Positions 1 through 10,465 of a stretch of DNA of 21,224 nt are shown one piece after another (the first letter of the stretch is position 1; each line of letters starts with the position of its first letter). The DNA is from Paramoeba atlantica. Lineage: Eukaryota; Protista; Discosea. The DNA lies in contig CDRNVI010000231.1 of the NCBI GenBank assembly GCA_977017575.1, positions 1 through 21,224 of the forward strand, read 5' to 3'. The notes beneath the pieces are model-generated. The model worked only from the letters and a program-made list of their open reading frames with translations. It was not told where the DNA came from and searched no databases. Both the position numbers and the translations under genes were made by a program.

Positions 1-600
1 CCTAAACCCTAAACCCTAAACCCTAAACCCTAAACCCTAAACCCTAAACCCTAAACCCTAAACCCTAAACCCTAAACCCTAAACCCTAAACCCTAAACCC
101 TAAACCCTAAACCCTAAACCCTAAACCCTAAACCCTAAACCCTAAACCCTAAACCCTAAACCCTAAACCCTAAACCCTAAACCCTAAACCCTAAACCCTA
201 AACCCTAAACCCTAAACCCTAAACCCTAAACCCTAAACCCTAAACCCTAAACCCTAAACCCTAAACCCTAAACCCTAAACCCTAAACCCTAAACCCTAAA
301 CCCTAAACCCTAAACCCTAAACCCTAAACCCTAAACCCTAAACCCTAAACCCTAAACCCTAAACCCTAAACCCTAAACCCTAAACCCTAAACCCTAAACC
401 CTAAACCCTAAACCCTAAACCCTAAACCCTAAACCCTAAACCCTAAACCCTAAACCCTAAACCCTAAACCCTAAACCCTAAACCCTAAACCCTAAACCCT
501 AAACCCTAAACCCTAAACCCTAAACCCTAAACCCTAAACCCTAAACCCTAAACCCTAAACCCTAAACCCTAAACCCTAAACCCTAAACCCTAAACCCTAA
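1..600 (+). repeat. Telomeric array (CCCTAAA)n, i.e. TTTAGGG on the minus strand, ~86 units
   Basis: Uninterrupted 7-mer repeat from base 1 to 600, ending CCCTAA|TTAAAAT. A C-rich plus strand at the window start is the expected orientation for a left chromosome end. Confidence 0.99.
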
Positions 601-639
601 TTAAAATAAAGAAAATCAATTTGAGATTTATCTATTTTG

Positions 640-1210
640 TTTTTATGTAGGGAGTAATAATATTATTTGTTATAATAGGGAAACAGAGCCAAAAGTTCTA
701 AAAGTATGTTTACAAAAGGATGCTGTAAAAATCTCTCAATATTAAAAAATGAAAAATAAAAATAATAAGGTAGTGTAAAAACATGAAATTAATCTATATT
801 TAAAGAAAACTTTGAAAATTTTTATATATTCCCCTATTATGTAGGTACCAATTCATTGATGTTTTTTTATATGTAAAATACATAGAAAAAATACTCATAT
901 TTTTGAACTCTATAAAAATCTCTCAAAATTAAAAAATAAGAAATGAAAATAATAAAATAGTGTAAAAACATGAAATTAATCTATGTTTAAACAAAACCAT
1001 GAAAAATTTTATATATGACCTGATAATGTAGGGAGGAGACTAAAATTATATGTTTGTATGTAAAAATCATATAAATGTTTTCTCAATTATTTTTGTTCTA
1101 TGAGACAAAATCAAAAATCTGGCTGGTTCAAGTTTTAGAAAATAGTTTTTTTTATTATGTTATCAAAAAAAATGAGTCCCAGCTCACTTGTTTCCTCAAT
1201 ATGTAGGGTG
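640..1210. repeat. Degenerate subtelomeric tandem repeat, period ~175-195 bp
   Basis: ATCTCTCAA at 731 and 918 and ACATGAAATTAATCTAT at 781 and 968 give an offset of 187. ATGTAGG(G) recurs at 645, 839, 1026 and 1201. Confidence 0.75.
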
Positions 1211-1402
1211 CCACTTTAAAGTTCTATCATTATATGTGAATTTCATACATAAGACCTCTTCATAAACTGCCTATAACTTTTTGTGACATATTCGGATTTT
1301 AAAAAAAAATATGCCATTAGGAAGACAAAAATGAGGCGCATCTTTCTACCAGTCTTGATTTTCCGAATTATGAAAAAAAGTAGTTCAAAACGAAGTAATT
1401 AG

Positions 1403-1416
1403 ACCCTAAACCCTAA
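1403..1416 (+). repeat. Interstitial telomeric remnant ACCCTAAACCCTAA
   Basis: Two telomere units in the same orientation as the terminal array, followed by T9. It sits at the boundary between the AT-rich subtelomere and the CT-rich domain. Confidence 0.75.
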
Positions 1417-4084
1417 TTTTTTTTTAGCTACCAAAACAACAAAACATGATTTTTTTTAGTTCTTTTTTATTTATTCCTTTTTTTTTCACTGCCACTCCAA
1501 CAGTGAGTGTTGCTCATTTCTTTCTTTTTTCTCTCCCCCCTAATCCCATCCTTGATCTTTCTCTCACTTTTATTCTTTCATTAATTTTTCATTCCTTCTT
1601 TTCCCTTTTTTTTTTTTTTTTTCTTCTTTTCTCTCTTTCCATTCTCTTTTTCTTTTCTCTCTTTTCTCCTTTCCCCTTTCTCTTCTCTCTCTTTTTTCAA
1701 AACATAAAGCAAAGAACAAAGATTCAATATTTTGCACATACACATAACACTGCTGTATCTATGAATCACTTTTTTTTTGGGCTCACTATTTGTTCTATTG
1801 ATCTGTCACCTCAGATTCTTTTATTATTTCAAAAAAGGTTTTCTCTTTCTTTCTTTTTATTTTTTTTTGTTACAAATATTTCCTCACTTCTCTCTTCTCT
1901 TCTCTCTCTTCTGATTTATTTCCAATTTTCCTTGTTAATTTCTCCACAATATTTTCCTGTTGATTTCTTTTGGAATTCCTCTTCAATATTTCTCTGCTTG
2001 CTCCCTCTCTCTGGTTTCTTTCTCTCTCTCTTTCTTTTCTCTTTCTCTTTCTCTTTCTCTTTCTCTTTCTTTTTCTCTTTCTCTTTTTTTGATTGAACAG
2101 AAATAAAAAGATTTTCTGATTCCTTCACCAATCTCAATCTCTCTGCCAATTATTTCTTTGCTGGTTCCTCTGTCAATTTATTTACCAGTTTCTCTGCAAT
2201 ATTTCTCCACCAATTCCCCTACCAAGTTGTTCACCTTTTTTCTCTGTCAATTCCTCTGCAATGTTTTTCTGCCAATTCTTCTACTGATTCTTCTCTCTCT
2301 GGTGTGTGTGTTTATCTTTCTTTCTTTTTTTTCTTTTTTTTTTCTCTTTTTTTTTTATTATTTTATTCTCATTTTCTTTTTTTTTTCTCAAAACAAAGAA
2401 CAAGTTCAAAGTTGCATGCACACAACACCATGTGTGGGGGGGTGTGTTCTTTTTTTCACCAGTCAAAACACCACAATGTGATTTTTTTTCATGTCCTCTT
2501 TTTCACCACTTTGCAACCTTCTTCCTTTTTTCAGGTTTCTTTTTTTTTGATTTCTTTCTTTGGTTTCTCCCTCAATTTTTTAGTTTTCTCTCTCTCTCTC
2601 TTTCTCTCTTTCTCTCTTTTTTTTTTTTTTTTTCATTTTTCTCAAAACACAAAACACAGAACAACAATTGTATTCCACCAATTTTTTTTGTGTTGATTTC
2701 TCTTGGAATTTCTCCTCTAATTTTTGTTTACCTTGGTTTTTTTTTCTTTCTCTCTTTTTCTTTATTTTTCCTTTTTTTTTTCTCAAAAAAAAACACAATT
2801 CACAAAGAACAAACCCAAAACTCCATTTTTTGTATTTTTCTCTTTCCTCTCCCTCACTGAATTCTCATTTTTCTTTTAATATTTTCAGATGAATTTTACA
2901 TAATGGAGAAAATTGTCTTCAGAACACTTTTTTTGTTTTAAAACTTCTTTCACCAAATTCTAAAATGAATTGATTCACAGAAAAGGTTTCATTTCATTTC
3001 TCTCTTTCTCTTTCTCTTTTCTCTCTTTCAAGTTTTCAAGTTTTTCAATTTGGTTGTTGGTTTGTTGGTTTAGTTTATAAAAAGAAAAATGAATTTTTCA
3101 GTTTTGGTTTTTCTTTTCTAACCACACTTCTTTTTCCTTCCTTTTCTTTCAATTTTTATTATTTTAGTTTCATTCTCTGCTGCTGCTGATTTAGTTTTTG
3201 ATTTCCTCACTGAGTTTTCTTTGCTGTTGATTTCTCCACTGATTTTTGTTTTTTGTTGTTTGTTCTCCTCCTCTCCCCTTGAAGCCCTCTCTTCTAGTTT
3301 TTCTCTCTTTTTTTTCTCTTTCTTTTTTTTTCTTGTCTCATCCTCTCTCTCTTATTAAATTATATTCTTTGTTTCAGTAAAGTGGAAAGAAAAATATAAT
3401 GATGTTTAATGACTCTTTTCTAAGTTCAATTTTTTGAATTATTTTTTTATTTTTTCCTCTCTCTCTCTCTTTTTTCTCTTTTTTTTTTCTTATTTTTTCT
3501 TTCAAAATACAGAACAAATAACATCATTGAATGAGCTCTCTTCTTGTTGATTTCTCCTCCAATTTCTTTTTTGCTTTTTCTGCTCCCTCTCTCTCTGGTC
3601 TCTCTCTCTCTCTCTCTCTCTATTTTCTCCCCTGTTTTCTCTCCCTCAAATTTCTCTCCTCTTTTCTTCTTTCTTTGTTCTTTCTCATTTTCTTTCTTTT
3701 CAAAATACAGAACAAACAAAAATTAAAAGTTCTTTTTGTACTAATTGATGTGTATTTATTATTAAATGTTGTGAGATGTTGTGAGATGCTTCTTCAATTT
3801 TTCTCACCTGCTTTCTTTTTGATTTTCTCTGAGCTTTCTCTGCTTTCTGTTCTTGTTTTTGGTTTCTCTTTCTTCCTCTCTCTTTTCTTTTTCTTTTCTT
3901 TTCTCTGCTTTCTCCTCTCATTTTCTTTCTTCTCAATACACAAAAAAACACAAAAAAAAGAAATTTCCTCTCTAATTGAACATTCAAGAGTGTTCACCTC
4001 CTTTTTTTCATCACCCCTCCTCTCCTTTGAGGTTTTTCTTAATTTTTTTTCTTTCCTCTCTCTCTCTTTCTCTCTAAAATACAT

Positions 4085-4975
4085 GTATTTCCTTAAGTGT
4101 AGTATGTTTAAATGAATAAGTTTTCTCTTCTCTTTCTTTTTCTTCTCTTTTCTCTCTTCTCTTTTCTCTTTCTTCTCTTTCATTCTTATTAACCTTCTTT
4201 GGTACAGAGGAATATTTTTGGATGGTTCAAATCTCAAATGAATTAAAATTAATTGTTTCCAAAGTTTCTCCTCTTTTTCTTTTTCTTTTTTTTTTCTTTT
4301 TCTTCTCTGTTTTTCTTCCCTTTTGATTGACTAATATATCCTCTTTCTTCTTTTCTCTTCTTCTTTTCTCTTTTTCTTCTTCTTCCTTTCTCAGAAAGCA
4401 TGTATGCACACATGAGAGAAGTTCTTATTTGTAAATAAATGTTACTAGTAATATCAAAAGGGTTATGTTTCTAGGATTTCTCTTCTCTTCTCTTCCCTTC
4501 TCTTCTCCTCTCCTCTCCTCTCTCCCTCTCTCCTCTCTTTTTCTTCTCTTCTCTTATCTTCTCTTCTCTTTCTCTCTTCTCTCTCTCTTTTCTCTTTTTT
4601 ATCTTCAAGGAATTATTTTTCTAATCCTTTTTTCTCTTTTTTTCTCTTTCTCTCCTCTCCCCTTTAATCTCTTCTCTCTCTTTTCTTTTTCTCCAGATGT
4701 GTATGCAACAAAGAGAGTGTTAACTGAGGTGAGAATTGTTTTTGGTGGAGAAATGACTCTCTTGGTTCTTTTTTTCTTTTCCCCTCTTCTCTTTCTTTCT
4801 CCTCTTTCTCTCCTCTTCTTCCTCTTTCTTCTTTCTCTCTTCTTTTTCTAAAATAATAAATAAATAATAATAATTTTCTGATAGAATGTGTATGAACCAC
4901 CCAAAACCCTTATCTTATATTTTGGAGCATAAGGATTGGTCTTTTCAAGTTAAAAAAGCAATGGTTTTCTTTTCT
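4085..4975 (+). repeat. Segmental duplication, copy 1 (partner ~6920-7635)
   Basis: Islands shared in the same order: GGTACAGAGG..GGTTCAAATCTCAAATGAATTAAAATTAATT; CAAGGAATTATTTTTCT; CTCCAGATGTGTATGCAACAAAGAGA..; AAAATAATAAATAAATAATAATAATTTTCTGATAGAATGTGTATGAACCAC..CAAGTTAAAAAAGCAAT. Confidence 0.9.
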
Positions 4976-5568
4976 CTCTCTTTTCTCTCTTCTCTTCTCT
5001 TCTCTTCTCTTCTCTCCTTCTCTCCTTCTCTTCTCTCTTCTCTTCTCTTTTCTTTTCTTTTCTCTTTTCTCTTCTCTTCTTCTCTTCTTCTCTCTTCTCT
5101 TCCTTCTCTTCCTTCTCTTCCTTCTCTTCTTTCTCTCTTCTCTTCCTTCTCTCTTCTCTTCTCTTCTTTCTCTCTTGTCTTCTCACTTCTTTCCTCTTTC
5201 CCTTTCTTTTTCCCTCTCTTTTTCCCTTTTTTTCTCTCTTTTCTTTCTTTATTCTTTGTTCTTTTCTCTTTTTTCATTCTCTCTTCTCTCTCTCTCTCTC
5301 TCTTTCTTTTCTCTTCTCTTCTCTTCTCTTTCCACTCTTCATTCTTTAAAATATTTTATTTGATAAAATAGAAAATGAAACTGATGAAATGATTCAATAA
5401 TTTAATTTTCTTCTCTCCATAGAGAAAAAGTTTTTTTCTTTTCTTTTTTTTCTTTTTCTATTCTTATTTTTCTTTTTCTCTCTCTCTTTCTTTCTTTCAT
5501 GCACATAAAACTGAGAAAAATATATTTCTGAAAAATTAAAAGGTTTTTTTTCTCTCTCTTCTTTCTCT

Positions 5569-5989
5569 TTTTTTTTTTTTTTGAGGCAGACTTTATTCAA
5601 TTAGTAGTTCTTAATCTAAGCCATTTGAATTACATTAAATTATGTTTGTTTTTAACCTCTAACGAGAGGTGAAGTTTTAAACTTCAGCTTAGTTCAGTCG
5701 GTCTTTATGCTGAACTTTAGAACTTCTGCAAGTTCAGGCTGGAGGATGCACATCAGAAGGGAGAATAATCCAAAGCTCCTTCCAAGGGAATTTATCCTCA
5801 ACTTTTTAGCAGACAGGGCTGAGATGTAACCTGTTCCGATTTTCACACTTCTTCAAGAGCTCCTCACTCCAATCAAATCACTCTACAGCACCAGAAAAAT
5901 TTTCTATAATATCGAAAAACTGGGATTTGAACTCGCCCCCCCGGGGTTGGACATAGTCGAATTTACGACTAAACTACGGGCACCAACCC
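5569..5989 (-). mobile_element. SINE-like retroposed element (~420 bp) with Pol III type-2 promoter head, AATAAA, poly(A) tail and 17-bp target-site duplication
   Basis: On the minus strand: A-box-like TAGTTTAGTCG (5976-5966), B-box-like GAGTTCAAATCC (5934-5923), AATAAA (5597-5592) and A14 tail (5582-5569). CTCTCTCTTCTTTCTCT is directly repeated at 5552-5568 and 5990-6006. The element retains CpGs, unlike its flanks. Confidence 0.8.
5923..5976 (-). promoter_or_regulatory. Internal RNA Pol III promoter (A box + B box)
   Basis: The A box starts 13 nt from the inferred 5' end and ends 31 nt before the B box, which is tRNA-like geometry. Both match consensus with 1-2 mismatches. Confidence 0.65.
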
Positions 5990-6369
5990 CTCTCTCTTCT
6001 TTCTCTGTTTTTTTTTTCTTCTCTCCTCTCCTCTCTTCTCCTCTCCTCTCTTCTCCTCTCCTCTCCTCTCCTCTCCTCTCCTCTCTTTTCCTCTCTTCTC
6101 CTCTCCTCTCCTCTCCTCTCCTCTCCTCTCCTCTCCTTTTTTCTGATTTTTATTTTTATTTTTATTTTTATTTTTGTTTTTTAATATTTTTTGTCCCACT
6201 GGACAAAAAGAAAAATGTTTTCTTTAGTTTTTTCTCATTTTTTTTTTTTATTTTCTCTTCTTTCAATTTCTTTTCTTTTAAATCTTTGTTTGATTCATTA
6301 CTCCTTACTTTTAAATTGGACTCTATTCTTGTTCTCTTTTTTTCTGGTTTTTTCTTTTTTCTCTCTCTC

Positions 6370-6402
<33 letters not shown>

Positions 6403-6656
6403 CACCAAAAATAATCTTAGTTCTTTTCTTCTTCTCTCTTCTCTCTCTTTTCTCTCTTTTCTCTTTTCTTCTTTCTCTTCTTTCTCTTCTCTCTCTTCTT
6501 CCCTCTTCTCTCTCTCTTCTCTCTCTTTCCTCTTCCCCTCTTCCTCCTTTTCTCTTTTTTCTTCCTTTTCTTTCTTTCTTTTTCTTTCTTTTTCTTTTCC
6601 CTCTTTTTTCTTTCTCTTTCTCCCTTTCTCTCTTTCTTCTCTTTTTCTTTCATTCT

Positions 6657-6689
<33 letters not shown>

Positions 6690-6690
6690 G

Positions 6691-6776
6691 ATTTGAATTT
6701 GGAGATCAATCTTTTTTGGTGCCTCTTGCAAGAAGTATGAATGTGTTTATGATTCTGAAATGCAATATTTATGAAG
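6691..6776 (+). other. Candidate (pseudo)exon, duplicated at 8218-8297
   Basis: (CT)n-CAG acceptor, AAG|GT end and open frame FEFGDQSFLVPLARSMNVFMILKCNIYE. The paralog reads FEFGNQFFFSAKSMNVLMVLKCNIYE, differing by a 6-nt frame-preserving indel. Confidence 0.4.
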
Positions 6777-6919
6777 GTTTTTTCTCTTTCTCTCTCTCTT
6801 TCTCTTTTTTCTTTTTTCTTTCTCTTTCTTCTTTCTCTTTCTTCTTTCTTCTTTCTTCTTTCTTCTTTCTTCTTTCTTCTTCTCTTTTCTCTCCCTCTCT
6901 CTCTCTTGATTTTTTATTT

Positions 6920-7635
6920 TCTTGAGTGTGTATGTTTAAATTAACAAATTTTCTCTTTTTTTTCTTTTTCTTCTTTTTTCTCTCTTCTCTTTTTTCTCTT
7001 CTCTTTCATTCTTATTAGACTTATATGGTACAGAGGAAATATGGGTGGTTCAAATCTCAAATGAATTAAAATTAATTAGTATTTACAAAGTCTCTCCTTT
7101 CCTCTTCTCTTCTCTTCTCTTCTTTGTTCTCTCTATTTCTCTTCTCTTTTTCTTCTTATCTCTCTCTTCTCTTCTCTTCTCTTCTCTTCTCTTCTCTTCT
7201 CTTCTCTTCTCTTCTCTTCTCAAGGAATTATTTTTCTCATCCTCTTTTCTCTTTTTTTCCCTTTCTCTCCTCTCCCCTAATCTCTTCTCTCTCTTTTCTT
7301 TTTCTCCAGATGTGTATGCAACAAAGAGAATGTTAACTGAGGTGGGGATTGTTTTTGGTGGAGAAGTGACTCTCCTAGTTCTTTTTTTCTCTCTTTCTTT
7401 CTCCTCTTCCTCTCCTCTTCCTCTCCTCTTCCTCCTCTTTCTCCTCTCTCCCTCTCTCCCTCTCCCCTCTCTTCTCTCTCCCTTCTCTCTCTTCTCTTTC
7501 TTTTCTCTTTAAAATAATAAATAAATAATAATAATTTTCTGATAGAATGTGTATGAACCACCCTAAACCCTTATCTTCTGTTTTGAAGCATAAGAATTGG
7601 TCTTTTCAAGTTAAAAAAGCAATAGTTCTTTTCTC
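6920..7635 (+). repeat. Segmental duplication, copy 2 (partner ~4085-4975; lacks the ~4290-4600 segment)
   Basis: Same ordered islands as copy 1, with point differences and different CT-spacer lengths. Confidence 0.9.
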
Positions 7636-8107
7636 TCTTCTCTCTTCTCTCTTTCTGTTCTCTTTTTGTTCTCTTCTCTCTTTCTTTCTTTTTTTTTTCT
7701 CTCTCTTTTCTTTTCTTTTCTTTTCTTTTCTCTTTTCTCTTCTCTTCTTTTTTCTTTTCTTTTTCTCTTTTTCTTTCAGTCAATAACAAAAAAATAAAAT
7801 AGATTTTGATTAATAAAATCAGAGGAGAAAAATATCATCATAGTATTACAACAAGGTTTTTTTTTAACTTTCTCTTTCTTTCTTTCTTTTTCTTTCTTTT
7901 TTCTCTTTTTTTTTCTTTCTTTTTCTTTCTTTTTCTTTCTTTTTCTTTTTCTTTCTCTTTTTCTTTCTCTCTTTCTTTTTCCCCTCTCTTTCTTTCTCTC
8001 TTCTCTTTTCTTCCTTCTCTCTTTTTTTTTTTCATAATGGTTCTCACTTTTTTTTTTTCATAATGGTTCTCACTTTTCTTTCTTTTTTCTTTTTCTTTTC
8101 TCTTTTT

Positions 8108-8138
<31 letters not shown>

Positions 8139-8217
8139 CTTCTCTTTCTCTCTCTCTTCTCTTTTTCTTTCTTTCTTCTTTCTCTCTCTTCTCTTTCTCT
8201 TTCTCTCTCTTTCTTAG

Positions 8218-8297
8218 ATTTGAATTTGGAAATCAATTTTTTTTTAGTGCAAAAAGTATGAATGTGCTGATGGTTCTGAAATGCAATATTTATGAAG
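8218..8297 (+). other. Candidate (pseudo)exon, paralog of 6691-6776
   Basis: Pyrimidine tract-TAG acceptor, AAG|GT end and the same open frame as its paralog. Confidence 0.4.
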
Positions 8298-8893
8298 GTC
8301 TTTTCTCTCTCTCATCTTTCTCTTTCTCTTTTTCTCTTTCTTCTTTCTCTTTTTCTCTTTCTTCTTTCTTCTTTTTTCTTCTTTTTTCTTCTTTTTTCTT
8401 TTCTTTTTCTTTTCTTCTTTTCTTTTCTTTTTTTTTTTTTTCCTTTTTAATTCACTTTCATTGAATAAGATAATATGGTATTTTTGTGAGTTTTTTCTTT
8501 TTCAACTTTCTTGAACACAAAAAAGACAATAATACAGAAAAGTTTTTTTTTTCTTTCTCTTTTTTTTTTTCTTTTTTCTTTTTTCTTTTTTTTTTTAAAT
8601 ACTTTTTATTTAAGTGAATCATTAATCCTTCCCTACCCACCTTGAATTTGATGCTCTTTTTCTTTCTCTCTCTCTTTGTGTGTATGTGTGTGTTCTCTTC
8701 ACATTGATTGATTATTGGTTTTTTTTTCTTTTCTTTTTTTCTTTTTTCTTTCTTTCTTTTTCTTTCTCTTTCTTTCTCTCTTCTTTTCTTTTCTTCTCCT
8801 TTTTCTCTCCAATGCTCTCTCTTTCTCTCTTTCTTTTCTTTCTTTCTTTTTCTTTTTTTCTCACTTAAATTCTCTTTTTCATTTTATTCCTAG

Positions 8894-8989
8894 GATTTGT
8901 GAAATATCTTTCTAATCTTCAAAAAGATTCAGTTTTCATTTCAATAATTCTGTGTACAATACACAACACTCCTCTTCATTCCAAAGGAG
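8894..8989 (+). other. Candidate 96-nt phase-1/phase-1 (pseudo)exon
   Basis: TTCCTAG| acceptor and GGAG|GTAACA donor. The open frame (G)FVKYLSNLQKDSVFISIILCTIHNTPLHSKG is phase-compatible with 8218-8297. Confidence 0.35.
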
Positions 8990-9181
8990 GTAACAATTTA
9001 ATTCTTTTTCTTTTTTTTTCTTTTTCTTTCTCTCTTCTATCCTTTCTTTCTTTTTCTCTTCTCTCTTTTCTTCTCTTTTTCTCTTTTTCTCTTTCTTTTT
9101 TTCTCTCTTTTTTTCTTTCTATTCCTTTTTCTTACAACCATCTATTTTGAATAAAAATCTCTTTCATTGAAAAAAAAAAAA

Positions 9182-10465
9182 TGATTTCCTTGAGAAACAA
9201 GCAATTTCCAATGTTTTTGTTAAGTTTAAAGCCAAACTTAACATTAAGTGGAAGATTGCAGAAACAAAAAACCTATCCTTTCACCAACTCCTCACTAGGC
9301 TCACCAATCTACTCCTAGAATCCAACTACTCAGCAGCTCTCAAGTATCAAAAGAAGCTCACCAGCTATCAGTTTCAAGAAAACAGAAAAAAGATAATTCA
9401 AAATGATAACTTTATTCTACTGCAAACTGTGCTCTGAGAGAATGAAGCTGGTCCAATTTCTCATGTGTGGATAACAGCCTACCCAAATTCTGAGGGAGAA
9501 GATATTCACTACAATAGACCAGATTTTTTAGATGTTGAGGAGTATTGCTTTGCTTATTGGTGCTGCTTTGACATCACAGATCCCACCCTCTTGTCTCTCT
9601 CAAGTCAAGGCACTGTCACTTGCAAGGCTTGCTCCAAACTTGTGCCAAGTTCCCTCCACCTCTCTGACTGTGTGAAATACAACTAAGGTATGAATAACAG
9701 GCATCATCATTTTATGAAACAGCTTCTCCAAATCTCCAAACTTACACAATTTGATGTGGTTTCAAATAGCCATTTCTCTTCCATTGGTCATTGCAACAAG
9801 AAGCCAAACTTAACTTTTAAACATTGGCAAGGTGGGAAACACTTGTGTCTGGATGCTACAGTTACTTCAGCCCAAGGCAGGAATGTAATATTTAGGTTTC
9901 AAGGTATGGCAACAGGCACATCAAATATGTGCAATCTCAGGAATTTACTTGCAATTCCACATATGGTGAGAATCTGAAAGCTGAATGAATATCTACCAAA
10001 ACACCTACACAGCAAAATGTTGAATGCAAGAAGAGATAACAACACCCCTGAAGAAGTAAGAACCTTTAAAGAAATTAAATTGTTCAACTTTTTAAGTGTG
10101 GAAGTTCTCTTTTTTTTTATGTTAATTTCATCAAGCAGTGCAGTTTCACCAGATGTAACAAGCTTCTTGAAGTGCATTACCTTTGAGGTTTTGCAAGAAG
10201 GTATGATATTAGATTAAGATCTCTATTGAACCTTCTTGCAATATACACAGCAATGACTTTCTGTTGCATTCATTGGCAGCATGGTGAGAAACATGAGATT
10301 TATTCAGCAAGGTCTTCACATCTCTTCTTTTTCTCCTTCTTTGAACAATCTGCCATAGCAAACTTTATACTCTAAGAAGCAAAGTCTTTAAGTGCTCCTC
10401 TTTAAAGATATTCAAAATGTTTTATCTTTCTTTTTCTCCTTTGTTTACAATTAAAATAAATTAGA

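Larger units (their letters stand above)
1417..9165 (+). repeat. Polypyrimidine/polypurine low-complexity domain: (CT)n, (CTCTT)n, (CTCCT)n and T-runs with embedded complex islands
   Basis: The plus strand is overwhelmingly C/T throughout, e.g. (CTCCT)n at ~6020-6135 and (CTCTT)n at ~7155-7220. This produces the spurious FLS-rich (+) and KER-rich (-) ORFs. Confidence 0.95.

Noticed and set aside
1-1210. CRISPR-like array
   Set aside because: The repeats are contiguous 7-mers or long degenerate units without unique spacers, and the context is eukaryotic.
5915-5989. Functional tRNA gene on the minus strand
   Set aside because: A and B boxes are present, but acceptor, anticodon and T stems cannot be formed. 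It lies inside a TSD-flanked, poly(A)-tailed insertion.
5569-5989. Telomerase RNA candidate (structured Pol III-like RNA near a telomere)
   Set aside because: I found no CCCTAAA-type template sequence on the transcribed strand.
7559-7572. CCCTAAACCC as another interstitial telomere
   Set aside because: It lies within a duplicated island whose paralog reads CCCAAAACCC (~4900), and it lacks the CCCTAA|TT junction. A point-mutation coincidence is likely.
1446-9150. Dozens of F/L/S-rich (+) and K/E/R-rich (-) ORFs in the track
   Set aside because: CT-rich and GA-rich repeats lack stop codons. The ORFs overlap in several frames and show no domain motifs.
10140-10300. Weak ankyrin-like wording on the minus strand (HHAANECN...GNALQEAC)
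   Set aside because: Interrupted by stops, spacing is not convincing, and it lies in the presumed 3' region of the RLE relic. An HMM hit would be needed.
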